A stretch of 64,000 bases of DNA, taken from Podarcis liolepis (Eukaryota). Shown here piece after piece: positions 1 through 12,975 of the stretch. The DNA lies in assembly GCA_965112155.1 (NCBI GenBank), contig OZ218107.1; one strand, 5' to 3'. The first letter of the stretch is position 1. Every line of letters starts with the position of its first letter. The position numbers were made by a program, and so were the translations under genes. The notes under the pieces are model-generated. The model made no database searches. It saw only the letters and a program-made list of their open reading frames with translations, and was not told the DNA's origin.

Positions 1-634
1 TGAGCATTGGACTCATTAATCTGAAGCATCAGACATAGCACAGTTGGAATATCCCATCAGATACATGCCTATGTGGTAGCAGAACCTGTTGCTTAGACCC
101 TAGGGACAGCAAAATAGCTTGTGAAAATAGGGCATTTCAATTTTGTAGAAGTTACACCCTGAGTATGAGCTACATGAAACTTGAAATGTGTCAAGAATAG
201 ATATATTTCAAAACTGGATAAAACCCACACCAATTTGTCATAGGACTAATGGCTGGGTTAGCAGGCTTCCATCAGTTGATTAATGGAAAGCATAGCACAG
301 AGGTTGCCAACTTTTTTTGGCTTGTGGGCACATTTGGAATTTTGGACAAGTGCACCATCCCTTCTGGCCACTTCCCTCAGCCAGGTCAGCCTCCCCACAG
401 AAAGAAGATCACTTTTCCAAGTGATCTTATCCAGAATAATTAATCTGGGCCTTGCAAAGGACATGGAGCTAAAAGAGAAAGTGGAAATAAGCATCATGCT
501 TCCAATTTCCTCATTCAGCTCTATGCATTCCCCCCTCGCCAGCTCATTAAAAGGGCAGAAAGTAAGAGGGGATCATTTGGCCTGTCGGAACCATAGGAAG
601 ACCTAAGGGGCACTATTGTGCCTACAGTTCAATG

Positions 635-877
635 CTGACAATATTTTTATAACATACTGTTTCAAAATTCATAAACAGAAAACATGTGCATGGACAATGT
701 GCATGGATGTTCCATTTATTCAATTCTTATTAATTTGTGACTCCATGCACATATGTTTTCTGTTTATGAATTTTGAAACAGTATAATGTTATAAAAATAT
801 TGTCAGTACATTATTAGCCAACGTGTTGCTTGTTGTTGTTTAGCGTGTTCTGTTTGCAACACGGGATTTTTTGGGTG
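635..877. mobile_element. Unclassified fold-back insertion with a 15-bp TSD
   Basis: Inverted arms at 635-694 and 742-806, identical apart from two small indels. TACAGTTCAATGCTG duplicated at 623-637 and 878-892. Confidence 0.65.
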
Positions 878-3660
878 TACAGTTCAATGCTGGCAATCCC
901 TGCTTAGCAAAAGAGGTTTCAAGATTGCTATTTCAGATTCAGAAGTTGGACTTGACAGGAAAGTCCCAACACAACTATGCTACTAGATTACATTTTGCAA
1001 AACACTGATTTTCTGCTGTTTTCAAAGCGTAATCCCCACAAAATTAAGAAATTGCCTGTACTCTTTTAATTGTTTGCAGTTAATGCACCAGTGTGCATAT
1101 TACGTAGTAAAATTGACTGTGGGCTGTTTATAGAATCTCTCAAAAGTTGGAGAAGATTGGTATAATGATTAAATACACACAGAAAGAAAATATTATCAGA
1201 ATTGTAGTACTAATCCAAATGATGTGCTGCATCCCCTTATAACTTGCAGTTGGAGCCAGCTTTCCAATACCTGTGTGTGTTACATAAGAAATATAATATA
1301 TGGCTCTTCATGATAGCTGTTAATAATTTTAGTTCTCCAGCCATTTTATAGCACAAAACAACTGAAATAGAATATGAATTCCCACATTTAATGTGCTTTG
1401 GTTAGTCACTTGGAAGATTTGCATGTGTTGTACAACACAATGCAAAGGTTATGTGTGTAACTTTATGTGTACCTTTGTGTAGGAAGATGAAGTAGTTGTA
1501 ATACTCTTCCCAGGAAAAACAAATGAGACACAGTAAACATCATGTGACTTTACAACTTTGTTTCTTTAAAATGCATTATTTCTTTGGTATGGGAGGTAGA
1601 TAATATATCATTAGCATAACCAGGTCTTCCACCTTCCTCTTCATCTTGGTAACCAATTTATAGTGATAACAGTAGAGAATAATGTTCTTAATTTGCACTA
1701 ACGTTTAACATTAATTTGTCCAAAAAAATAGTGCAGGATGCCTGCTATAAGTATGCAAACTCTTCTACATACTGCTATTTAATTATATAATGGAATGAGC
1801 AGAGTGTGATCTGTAGGATTACAGACCTTGCTGGGAACAGTTTGAGGGGAACAGTAATCTCTTCATGGTTACCCAGTTACTATCAACATGCCACTGAAGA
1901 TCCAAGGGTTAACAACTTTTAATTTTTTAATAAATATTGTGAACAAGAAAGAAAATCTTCAAAAGCAAATAATCTATATAATAGAGAATTTTGTTATGGT
2001 AATCTTAATGTACATGATCATCCCCTTGAGAGAGATTGAAATAAAATATCCCCCTAACTGAATTTCATCCATAGATGAAATTAATTGAATAATAATAATA
2101 ATTTCTAAATAATAATTTAGAAGCTGATCTTCCTTTTCTTAAAGATTTCATTTCATTGTACAGGCTTAACATAGGCATTTAACTCTGTTTATTGGTTTTT
2201 AATCATTCTTTAATAGTCATGTGAGATTTCTACTTTGCAACTAAAGCAGTGATTTAGGTTTAAGGGATAATTTGTGGTTCTTTGTGATCAATCTCTGTGC
2301 AGGTTTCATGTGAAATTTTGGTGGAGTTTTCCCTTATTCATTACTTTTGTATCATTCATTCAAGAAGTAATGGAGGCATATATTTAGTGCTGTGGGTGCT
2401 GAAGCCTTTATAAGTTTTTATATTAAACCTATGATATTAATCTTGGTTGCTGTTTTGTATAAATTCCCAATGTCTTTGGAGGTGGGTTTTTTTTAAAAAA
2501 AATATTGATTGGCACTTTCCCTTTCTGTGCTGTGTTGTGCTGTATTGTGCCGAATAACCAAGTATTCTAGATGTAGAGCTTGCTTCTAGTACTCCCTAGT
2601 GGGCAGTCCTTCTGTCAGGTATCAAGATAACAGGTGCAGTAAAAGAGAACCAGCGCTAAAGCTTAACAGAGATACTGTAAAATTGTTAAGAGCAAATATA
2701 TTTTGAATAGTTAAGACATACTAGAATCTCTATGGTGTTGTTTTTTTACAGAATTCCTAAACACCTCTGGGCCATAAGCATCTAGTTCAATTTTTTTACC
2801 CCCACCCCAAAAACACACAAAAAAACCCAGAATTTGGGGATGTTTTAACACAGATACTCATGTTGAGGCTGATTCACCCACTAAAGGCAGCTATACAAAA
2901 CTGAATTGTTTCAACTTATAGAGTAACAGAAATCTTTCAAATCTGAACCTTTGCTAAGGAAAAAAAGGCGCATTATCTATCTTTTTGTATATGCACCTCT
3001 GCTTTCCTGGAAAAATGTGTGTACTGATTCACTAGTATTCATATACTCTTCAGCTAAATATCTACTTCATGTATTACTGTGTGCACCCTTTTAGATCTGC
3101 CTTTTTAAATGCTCACCTAAATATTGTGAGTGTGATAACCATGTGTTTGCAAACATACATCATGCAGACACACTTAAAATATAATTTTATATCCTGCGTA
3201 TACATAATAATAATTAGAATAATTTTATTATTTATCCCCCACCCATCTAGCTGGGTTGCCCCCAATAGTCTCCCATCCAAATAATTGATCAGGTCCACAC
3301 CTGCTTGGCTTCACCTGCAATGCTGGAGCCTCAGGCATCCACGGACACATCTCCAGGCAGCCTTGATTAACTGCACCTCATTATGGAGCACACAGTCTGT
3401 GACAGATCTGAGGTTTGCCTCTGTGCAATGTGCATAGCCGTGAGGCAATGCTGGCAATCAAAAATTCTTAACTGATTACTGTCCCTTTTTCAGTTTGAAA
3501 ACCAGTTAGAGAGAAAAGACAGATGTGACCTGTATAGAGCAGTGAGATTTGTTTGGAAGAAGCTTCATCTTGTTCAAACATGTTCTTTAAAAACAAACAA
3601 AATAAAAAAATCAAAAAACTGTTTTGCAAGTTTGCAGCCCAAGCCAGGTGTACATGTGGC

Positions 3661-4027
3661 CAGGGGCGGAGGAAGGGAGGTGCGATGGGGGCAGGCTGCC
3701 CCAGGTGTCTTCGCTTGGGGGGGTGACATTCAGTGTGCTGCCCAAGCCTACCCCAAGCCATCGGGGGAAGGGGGGAGCTGCGCCACTTTGCTGGTAGCAT
3801 TCCCCCCTCCCCCCTTCGTTTTGACAACTGGGGGGGTGGGGGCGAATGTCCGCCCTCAGTGGCTCCCTCCACCCCCAGCTGCAGGGCGTGTGCACCACTC
3901 TGTGCACCCGAGTGGCTATCCTGCACCTGGGAGGGCACCCTCTGTGCCCCACCCTGCTCAGGAGCGCGTTCTGCCCCCCTCAGGAGCACGCCCACCCTGG
4001 GCAGCGCAGGCATATGCTCCGCCGCTG
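3661..4027. mobile_element. hAT-type MITE, 8-bp TSD
   Basis: TIR CAGGGGCGGAG/CTCCGCCGCTG; TSD CATGTGGC at 3653-3660 and 4028-4035. Confidence 0.85.
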
Positions 4028-6653
4028 CATGTGGCATTGATAGGAGGGCAACTACAACAATACACACACACAGTTTTCCGCTTTAAAAAACACTTTTGTC
4101 CTTTTTTCATTAACAGAATAAGGCAAGGCTGATTTCTGAGCCAGCATTGAATTCACTGGTATGCAGATCTCATTAAGCTAAGAAGCAGGGAAGAATTCAC
4201 TGGATGTTTTACTCAACTAAGCTACGCAACTATGTTTTACTCAAAATAGACCCATTGAAACTAACGAACCTGACTTAAATTAGGTCCAGTAATTTCACTG
4301 GGTGTAGTCTGAATAAAACACCCTCTCTCCCCCTGTGGCTCCAAAACATACTCTATATATTACATCTGTTTTTCCCAAATTTGTCACAGAACCTATAAAA
4401 ATACTTAATGGCAACTACATTCCCTCACAATGGCAATGCCTTGCTAAACATCTTTCTTATGAAAACAACACAAGTTTATGCTGTCCTGGCTGAATGATGC
4501 CCAGCAAGGAAGATGCAACATTGTAAGAGACAAGGCATTGCTGAGTTCAAAGTCATTCTCATTGTGAACTTTAGATACTAATTCTCTTCATTTGAGTTAA
4601 TTTATAATGAGAATTGCTTTTGATGTGAAAGCTTGTCAACTTGATTATCTTTCTGGTGAACTTGTACTATCTAATTATAATGAAAAGAAGGTGAGGCTGA
4701 GGAGGGAATGTAATAATTCTATTTTTCAGACTCTTAATAATACATCTTTCCCCACACACATAACCTCCCCCACTGCTCCATTAAAGCACATGGTTCTTAC
4801 TTGTGGTTCCTAGTAGTGCTTTCTTGTGAACTTTATCTGAATTAATCAGCAAGGTAGCCTCCTAATACAAAACTGAGGCTGAGGTGTTCTTTGTATTGTT
4901 TTGCTGAACTAGGATAACAATTAACTTGTGCTTTGAAGCATCAACTGGCAAGGTGTTTAGTTGGGTCCAGAATAGCAGAAGTGTAGTGTTTTTCCATTTG
5001 TGTCTGAAACACAGTAATAACATGATTATTGGAATACTGTATTTTGTACGACAAAATATGTAAATACACTTTAATATTAATCTCAGTCCTCATGGAGTAA
5101 TAAGTGCTTTCATTGTAACCTCTGCAAACTCATTAAGATATTTTAATGTAGCATGGTTTGAGGATTTTGTTTCTTAAAAAACTGCAGAAATCAAGCGAAA
5201 TTAAATTATTGTAGAGCTTTGGTTTGTGATGCTTTCTATTTACAAAATGTTTAATAAACCACAAAAAGTAGAGACACTGAGAATTGGCATGGGAGCTATT
5301 TCTGTGGTCACTGAGTTTATTCATAATCACACTCAACTGGTTTTGTTTGGAGGCAAGCCTATCTTGCCAGTTAGCAGTATCCTCATGCATTAATTCCTGT
5401 TGACAAAAAGCACACGATGATTTCAGAAATGCAAACTACTCTGAATGTTGTGTTCATACGTGCTCTTTGCACCAGCCTGGTGTGAATTGTCATTCAGCAC
5501 ACTATACATTAGGTTTATGGTAGCTTAGCCATAAAAAAAGGTAGATGAATTTAGAAATATTTTTTTTTTTTGTCAGTATTCTACATTGGCATCTGCTGCA
5601 TGCAACATACTTCCCTTAGCATTTCTCCAGCTTAATGACATTATTTCTGCTGTTAAAACTCCATTATCATTGGCATGGAAAGCTTGATCTGCTTATAACA
5701 TAGCTGGATACAGTGTCCCTTTAAAAATATGTTCTCAGATAATCCTGCAGCATAGCTATGTTATTTTTCCATAGTTAGAGAGATTAACTACTCAGGAGTT
5801 TCATTGTCTTTACTCCATTCTGTTCATTTGGAGCAGCAGGTGAGTGTTTAGCTCCATTTGTCATTAAACAGGGGAAATGTGACTGCAATATAAAATGTGA
5901 CCTTTTTTGGTCAAAACTACTCTTTGTTTTTGCTGTATAACATTTGCATTTCTCTTTGATGTGTTCCAGTATGTACTGAATGAAAGTGTGTAGATTAGTA
6001 TATAAAATGCTTTTCAGTCATAGATTTTAAGGCACTACATTGTAGGATCGTTACCATTTATAAAAACATCAGGGTAAAAATGTCTATCCCTACCCATTCC
6101 CCCCCCCCCCCCGTACACACAAATGAATAATGGATGACTGTCGAAAGGACTTAAAAATGATAATCCTGGTAAGAAAAAAAAACATTTTCATATTCAAAGC
6201 CTACCTGGTATTCATTTTTATGACACTTTCTAAATGATAGAAATAAGGATATGAGCTCTCTGATGGTGGATTGTCTGGGTATGTAAGTCTCTCTGCTAAG
6301 TGTCTTTTTAAAAAGAATGCTTTTGTTTTAAAAATGTAAAGTTTTGACTGTATTGAATTGTTGGATTTTCCCCCCTTAAAAAAATAAAGTGTATATTCTA
6401 CTAAGTACAAGATATAGTCACTGCAGTATATTGTTTGCAAACTGTCACCAGAACATAAAGATGTGGTGCAGATCCTTCAGCTGTCTCTGATATCTGTCTG
6501 TAGGAGTTGGTGTCAATAATCACTTTCAGAAGTCAGGCTGTACCCTTGCTTCCTATATTTACAAGCTAGTTCTAGCCACGAATGAACACAAAAGTTTATT
6601 TTATTTATATTTATTTATCCTCAAGTTTTTACCTTGTGAGTGTATAAGAAATA

Positions 6654-6783
6654 CAGGCATACCTCAGAGATATTCCAGACCACCATATTAAAACAAATAT
6701 CACAATAAAGGGAGTCAAACTTCTTTCTTTTCTTTCCCAGTGCATATAAAAGCGTTGTTTATACTTTAATGCAGTCTTTTAAG
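6654..6783 (+). mobile_element. Tigger1-like DNA transposon 5' end fragment
   Basis: TA|caggcatacctcagagatatt ccagaccacc...aatatcacaataaag...tttcccagtgcatataaaag resembles the Tigger1 left end as I recall it. Confidence 0.65.
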
Positions 6784-7000
6784 CCAGACCCCCTGGCTGC
6801 AGGAGTGAGAGGGGAAAACCCAGCTCCAGCCCTAGCCCCCACCACTCCAGCACCCAGAAGAGAAGCAGCAGCGTCAGGGAGCGAGTTTTCCCTGGAAGCA
6901 GCCCGGCTTGCTGCAACTACAGCCAGTATCTGTGGAGCGCAATAAAGCTGAACAGGGTTGCTTCTCCTGAGAAAGAAAAGCAAGCGCCACGTACTGCGCT
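6784..7000 (+). mobile_element. Possible LTR fragment
   Basis: GC-rich segment with gagcgcAATAAA abutting the Tigger fragment; family not identified. Confidence 0.3.
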
Positions 7001-7484
7001 TCTTAAAATGTGTGTGGGCAAAGTCACATCCTGAGTAATCCCTCCTGAAGCACTTAACACTCCTAATGTTTATGGAATCCACCTATTTCACAAATGGTCT
7101 CCCGCAGCCTTTTGTTGAAAATCTTGAAACAAAAGGCAAAAAATTAGTCTGTTCCTATGTACTGGAACTGCCTTAAAAGGGGAGTGGGGATGGGACCTTT
7201 TGTAGGAATTAAAACTTCACATGCCGTGAAGAATCTATCGACTGTCTCCGAAGCACCACTAATCAATAGTAAGTTAATCTTCTTAAGCACCAGAAAGGAT
7301 TGCTTAAAAGAGTACTAAAAGCTCTCCCTAGAGCATAAGTACTGAAGTTAGATGCCAATCATGCAAGTCAAATTACATCCTATGCAGATGGAAAGAGAAC
7401 ATTAAATTGCCTACTGGAGCTAGTCATGCCACAAGTCACTTACTGCTTCCTTAGCAATGAAGTCAGTTTCCAGTAGGGTAAGAA

Positions 7485-7736
7485 CAGGGGTCAGCAAACT
7501 TTCAGCAGGGGGCCGGTCCACTGTCCCTCAAGACCTTGGGGGGGGGGGAGATTATATTTTGAAGGGAGGGAAATGAACAAATTCCTATGCCCCACAAATA
7601 ACCCAGAGATTCATTTTAAATAAAAGGACACATTCTACTCATGTAAAAACATGCTGGTTTCCGAACCACCCGTGGGCCAGATTTAGAAGGCGATTGGGCC
7701 AGCTCCAGCTCTCAGGCCTTAGTTTGCCTACCCATG
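7485..7736. mobile_element. hAT (Charlie-like) MITE, 8-bp TSD
   Basis: TIR CAGGGGTCAGCAAACT/AGTTTGCCTACCCATG; TSD GGTAAGAA at 7477-7484 and 7737-7744. Confidence 0.87.
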
Positions 7737-8398
7737 GGTAAGAAGATGTGGCAAACATGAAAAAAGAGACCAAAAAAAATCCCCACTTGGTAGAGTTTGC
7801 ACAACATGATACCTAGACTGCCCCCCCCACCCTTGCCGGATACCTGCCTCTTGCCCTCTGAATGCTGATGGGCAGTAGGAGTTTTGTGGTAGTGTTTGGC
7901 ATTAAGATAGCAACTATTGATCATAAATGTTCTCGGGTTTTTGTTTTTGACAAATGGGGTTTGGATATGGAGGTAGAAAGACAGAAGATTCAAACTTGGC
8001 TATCTTCGTGCAACTTCAGCTAAATATGGCTTTTAAATGACAAAGTGTAGAAATCTTTGGGACTCGGAAGTCTGAGGATGATAAGCAGTGCTATGCCTCA
8101 AAAAACTAGAATTAATAAAAATTATTCATTAAAAAACTGGTGATATCTAAGGTTGGTCAAACTCTTGAGTGGATAAATTGAAATCACTGGAATTGCGTCC
8201 ATTGATTTTGATGACTTGCACACATCAGCCACAAGAACTGGGTTAGACTGTCTCCTTTCTGACAAGAGTGCTATAAATGTTTCCAAAGGGACCTTTGCAG
8301 AAATCTTGGGTCAGATTAAAAAATGCTTTTTTCAAAGAATTGAAGGTGGTTTGAAAGATAGATTGCTGCCGTGGGGGGGGCGTGGCGTTGTGTGTGTG

Positions 8399-8401
<3 letters not shown>

Positions 8402-8439
<38 letters not shown>
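8402..8439. repeat. (AC)n microsatellite
   Basis: Read directly. Confidence 0.97.
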
Positions 8440-8441
<2 letters not shown>

Positions 8442-9553
8442 TCCTCCTTTTGACTCTGCTTAAACAGGTTTTACAGGATTTTGTATTGGTTGCAAAAAAC
8501 CTGCTTGATAAGAGGCAACAATGGAATCAATGAAATATCTGTCTTTCTTGGAAACAATTTCTCCAACCACTTCCAGCTTTTAAACTACGTATTGTCTTTC
8601 TCCAACCTTGGAAATCAGTCTCTATTTTCCACTTTCTTTCATCTGACATTTGGTTGTAATGAGACACCATGGTGATACATTTCAGCTCTTCACAGTTGTC
8701 CCCTTGCAACTGAAGGAGCTGTCTTCTACATCAACCCCAGTCATACCACTGGCCCTTCCTCCAAACCAAATAGTTTTATTTAAATTGTGTTTATTTATTT
8801 GATCTATTTGTATGCTGGCTTTAAGAGTCAAACCCTGTTAAGTTGGCTTCTGTTAAATAATACAAATACAATATCATCAAAAAATTACAGACATTTAATA
8901 AGCCAGTAGCAATAAACATCCACCCCCCCACACCCCTATCACACATATATAGCCAAAATCAACTGCAGCAAGAAAAAATTAATTCAAGGAAAGGCCAGTG
9001 TGAGCAGGTAAGTTTTCAACCCTTTCCTAAAGTCCTGAAATGTTGTGGCCTGAAGGAGCCCAGCTGAAAAAGAGCTATGGTGACAATACAGAGAATGCCC
9101 TTTTATACTCATCAGTTTAATTGCTCTGGGTGTCAGGCAGGTGAGAATGACTTAAAGGTGTGGGCAGGCTGGAATGGAAGCAAGGAATGATAGAGTTTCA
9201 TTAAAATTTAATTGTGTGATGAGAAAATGTATTCCAGAGGATGTGCTTCAGAACTTTTGTATTCTGGAAAGGGGCAGTTGCCTATTATCTGTGTGCAACA
9301 TGGTTCATGTTTTTTGTTTTGCATCTCACCTGTCAAATCTCTTTTTTGGTGGATATACATCTCACCTGCCCCATTTTTGCTGTTTCCCAGTTATTCCGAT
9401 ACTATGTGGTGTCCCTCCATGAGTCTGTTGGGAGACTTCCATGTAGTATTTAAAAGTTTGTACCTCACATCTTGAAAAGTTTAGTGCTTTGTTATTTTCA
9501 TGCCTTCCTAAAATTGGAAGGATTTTTTTTAAAAAATTGCTGCCTCATTGGGA

Positions 9554-9556
<3 letters not shown>

Positions 9557-9589
<33 letters not shown>
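9557..9589. repeat. (GA)n microsatellite
   Basis: Read directly. Confidence 0.97.
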
Positions 9590-9594
<5 letters not shown>

Positions 9595-10349
9595 AGCAGT
9601 GGTTGTTTGGATCAAAAAACTGCATCTGAACTATCTTCTGCAAAAGGGGGAGTGACACGGAAAGAGCTAAGATTGGTGGAAGTGAGTGGGCAGCTGGAAG
9701 TAGCAAGGCTTTAGAGCAAAAGTACTGGCAGTACTCCAGGCATTGCAATAGGTGACCTTATGTACGATTTACCTGGGATACACTTGGAGTTACACTGCTG
9801 GAGGTAACACTGATTTTCTGGTTTTGAACTTTGCTTTGGGAGAGGAGAGCACAGTCAGCAAGACTGACCTGAAAGCAGCTTCCCTCACCAGTGGGGCCAC
9901 TGAAGTTCAGGGTTACTGAACAACTTCCATCCCTTCTGATTTTGAGGGAAGGGGTTTAGATTTTGTTTTCTGCTCTGCTTTGACCCTCTCTGTTCTCTAT
10001 TCACTTTTCTAGCCCTTGTGTCCAACTGAGCTTCTTAGTCTGAACAACTTACCAAGTAACCATGCAATCTCTCTCTCCTTGTCTCATGTTTTCAACCTTA
10101 TAATACTTCTGGCCATTATGAACCTTGGCTGCTTGCCCCTGCATTGGGCTCTTCACATGAGGCCTTGTTAGATCCTGGCCAAGGCCTGACAGTGGGGCAA
10201 AGGAGTCCAGGGAAATCAGGGGAGAAAGGATTCATCATCCCTCTGCATGCAGGTCCCCCCACATTTATACATGTGCCCTCATCACGTTCATCTTACCCCT
10301 TCTCCAATCTTCTAATTTGGTTAAGAAACGTTCTGCTTTTCTAATGACT

Positions 10350-10366
10350 CGCCACCAGATGGCGTT
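10350..10366 (+). promoter_or_regulatory. Candidate CTCF site
   Basis: CGCCACCAGATGGCGTT closely matches the CCACCAGRKGGCG core. Confidence 0.55.
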
Positions 10367-10889
10367 GTTGCAGCATAGCAAGTGCTGTGACCTTGTCCCT
10401 TTAAAAATAAATAACCCTCCCGATGGGATTGCACAAGAAACTAAAGGTTATTGATATGAAATGAAAGAGAGAGAGAGAAGCATACTGTTTTGACACTAAT
10501 CCAGCCAAAGCTTTGCAACCAGCTGTCTTGGAATGGTTTTTATTTTCTTTAACTGAAAGGCAGTAAAAAAATGATTGTAAATAAATAAACCTTGCATTAG
10601 CAAACAATCACACTTTCTTTCCTTTTATTTGCCAGTTGAACCAGCATGATGGATGATCAGGCTAGAGTCTTAAGACTCTACATTCTGGTCCACTTCTCCT
10701 CGAGTTTGTTTAGTATGGATGACTGAGCAGTTTCAAGGATAATGAATTATAGAAAAAAGTCTTTGTGCCACAAGTGAAAAGGATTGCAACCCCAGGGACT
10801 GCCATTCTGGATAAGAAGGATCTAGGCTTGTCAAAACCAATCTGTATGGGGAGCAAAATATTTTTTTCAGAGAGATATGTAGCAGCAAC

Positions 10890-11030
10890 CATGGGCGTAG
10901 CCAGGATTTTTGTTGGGGGGGTAGGCCTTTTGTGGGGGGGGGCAGAATTTAAGTTAGCTGTGTGTTTTCATTTATTTTTATTGATGGGGGGGACAGCTGC
11001 CCCCCGCTCCCCCCCCCGGCTACGCCCATG
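10890..11030. mobile_element. hAT-type MITE
   Basis: Perfect 13-bp TIR CATGGGCGTAGCC; imperfect 8-bp TSD gcagcaac/gtggcaac. Confidence 0.8.
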
Positions 11031-11797
11031 GTGGCAACTGCAAACTGCATTGGCAAAGGATCTACTTCCCTGCCCAAAAGGAGATTAATCTGCACTCTCC
11101 CATGCAGAAAGTGTTCTGCATTTAGCCCAAATTATATAAATGAGTGTTTTGACAGATAGTACTAAGTCACAGAAGCTTAAGTGCTCTTTTCTCCTGTATT
11201 GTGTGTTCATTTAAAGTGCAGTGAAAGGGACCTTTATCCAATTTATCACACTTGTAGCCCTATAAAAAGAAGGAAAATCGTTCCAAGGCTATCCCTTTCC
11301 TCTGCAGCAGAGATGGGCAACCTGTGGTTTGCCATATGTTGGTGCTAGTTTATGATTGATTTAAAGAAAAGAATGCCAGATTCCTAGATCCAAACACGGG
11401 GTAGAATACTTTCTGGAAAGAGAGAGCCTCAGCAGAGATTTTAAAATGCAAAACACACAGCAAAGTGAAGCATGGAAATATAGGCTCTTAGACATTTTAA
11501 ATATCTCATTCTAAGTTGCTTACGGCGACTTTCCCTTTCTACCCTCTTAGCATTGAATAGATTACACAGTTTGGTAAGTTTAAAAGAAGTGTACTTACAA
11601 AATCATCAACAGTCATATTCATGTGTTTTTCCATACAGCAGGAAAGAAAGCCAGGTTACAAAATAATGGCAAAAGTTTCTGAACATGCATTCAGGACTTG
11701 GAGCAATCCACTCACACATCCTGTCTAGTTGGATTCATATGGTGGAAGAGAATGAACAGCAGAAAGAAGGCAAACAAAATAAAATAACTTTCCTAAC

Positions 11798-11826
11798 TAC
11801 CTTTACCTTTACCTTTACCTTTACCT
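11798..11826 (+). repeat. (TACCTT)n repeat, same unit as the Sauria SINE tail
   Basis: Read directly; no SINE body upstream. Confidence 0.85.
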
Positions 11827-11964
11827 AAGCCTATGGCATTTTAAAAATTCAATACAAACTAAAAGATGAGGATTAGAGCCACAGTCTTGGGGTGCTACTT
11901 AATTCAGCTTTGTTACTGGAGGCCTTCATGATGTGCTTTGCAGTGTCTTTTCACCACCTGGTGT

Positions 11965-12975
11965 TGCCATGCCAGCCGTGGCCTTTTTGGACAGAGACAG
12001 TTTAGCCACAGTGATCCAGCTCTGGTCATTTCCAGATGAGATCACTGCAACATGTTTGGTGTGTAGATTACACACCTGCGTTACCTGTGTATATACAATA
12101 TGTGTGAATATGTTGCAGACTTCTCAAACTTCATTTGGTTTGGAATATTATCATTATATATATTTATTAAATTCCTATCCTGCCCTGCCTCCCAAAGGAA
12201 CCCAAAGTGGAAAACAACAAAGTAGTAAAACAAAAGAATTAAAAATTACAGTGGTACCTCTGGTTACAAATTTAATTCGTTCCGGAAATCTGTTCTTAAA
12301 CTGAAACACTTCTTATCCTGAGGCGCGTTTTCGCTAATGGGGCCTCCCACTGTGCGCGCCTCCAGCACGTAATTTCCGTTCGCATCCTGGGGCAAAGTTC
12401 ACAACCAGGAGCAGCTACTTTCGGGTGGAGCTTGTAACCTGAAGCGTTCGTAAACAGAGGTACCACTGTAAATAAAAGTACATCATAAAGTCACCAACTG
12501 GCACCAGGCCTAGCAAACATATCATGACTGCCTGTTTCCAAGCATAATTGCAAGTGCTAATACTTGTTGTTTAATGATCTATGGGGCTTTAGGTCTGGTT
12601 ACCTCTAGAGCTGCCTTTTCTCACATCTACCAGCTGATGTGTTAAGATCTTTGTAAACAGCTTTCTCCAGGTGTCTCTGCTACCTGAGGTGCATCAGGGG
12701 ACATGGGAGTGACCTGTTCAACTGTAACAACTCTACTTTCCCCAGGAAACGTAGCCTGGCACTCTGTGTCTTTTAGTGCTTCATGAACCCTTCTTATTTT
12801 CCTTAGACGTTTAAAAATACTGTATTGTGTTTGATCAACCTCTTGTGCTGATCAACATGCTGCTGCTGTTACCATTGTTGTGTTTTTAGTGCATGCGCTT
12901 CCTTTTTATAGTCAGATTGTTTTCAAAGTGTTGTAACAGCTGCCCTGGGATTATTTTGTGCTGAAAGTGTAGGAT
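11965..12975 (+). mobile_element. Decayed L2 LINE 3' region, interrupted by later insertions
   Basis: FLDRDSLATVI..L..SR.D.CN-like peptide near 11985-12052; A-rich aaataaataa end near 12990. Confidence 0.5.
12249..12468. mobile_element. pogo/Tigger-type MITE (TIR CAGTGGTACCTC, TA TSD)
   Basis: TA|cagtggtacctc...gaggtaccactg|TA; a more diverged family member. Confidence 0.85.

Larger units (their letters stand above)
1..6410 (+). other. Putative long 3'UTR of the upstream plus-strand gene (TEF expected by synteny)
   Basis: AT/U-rich with no credible exons; AATAAA at 6383-6388. The gene identity is inferred only from the TEF-TOB2-PHF5A-ACO2 order in amniotes. Confidence 0.35.

Noticed and set aside
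3468-4132. Overlapping 113-199 aa ORFs on both strands
   Set aside because: They lie over a GC-rich hAT MITE with TSD; low complexity and no recognisable domain.
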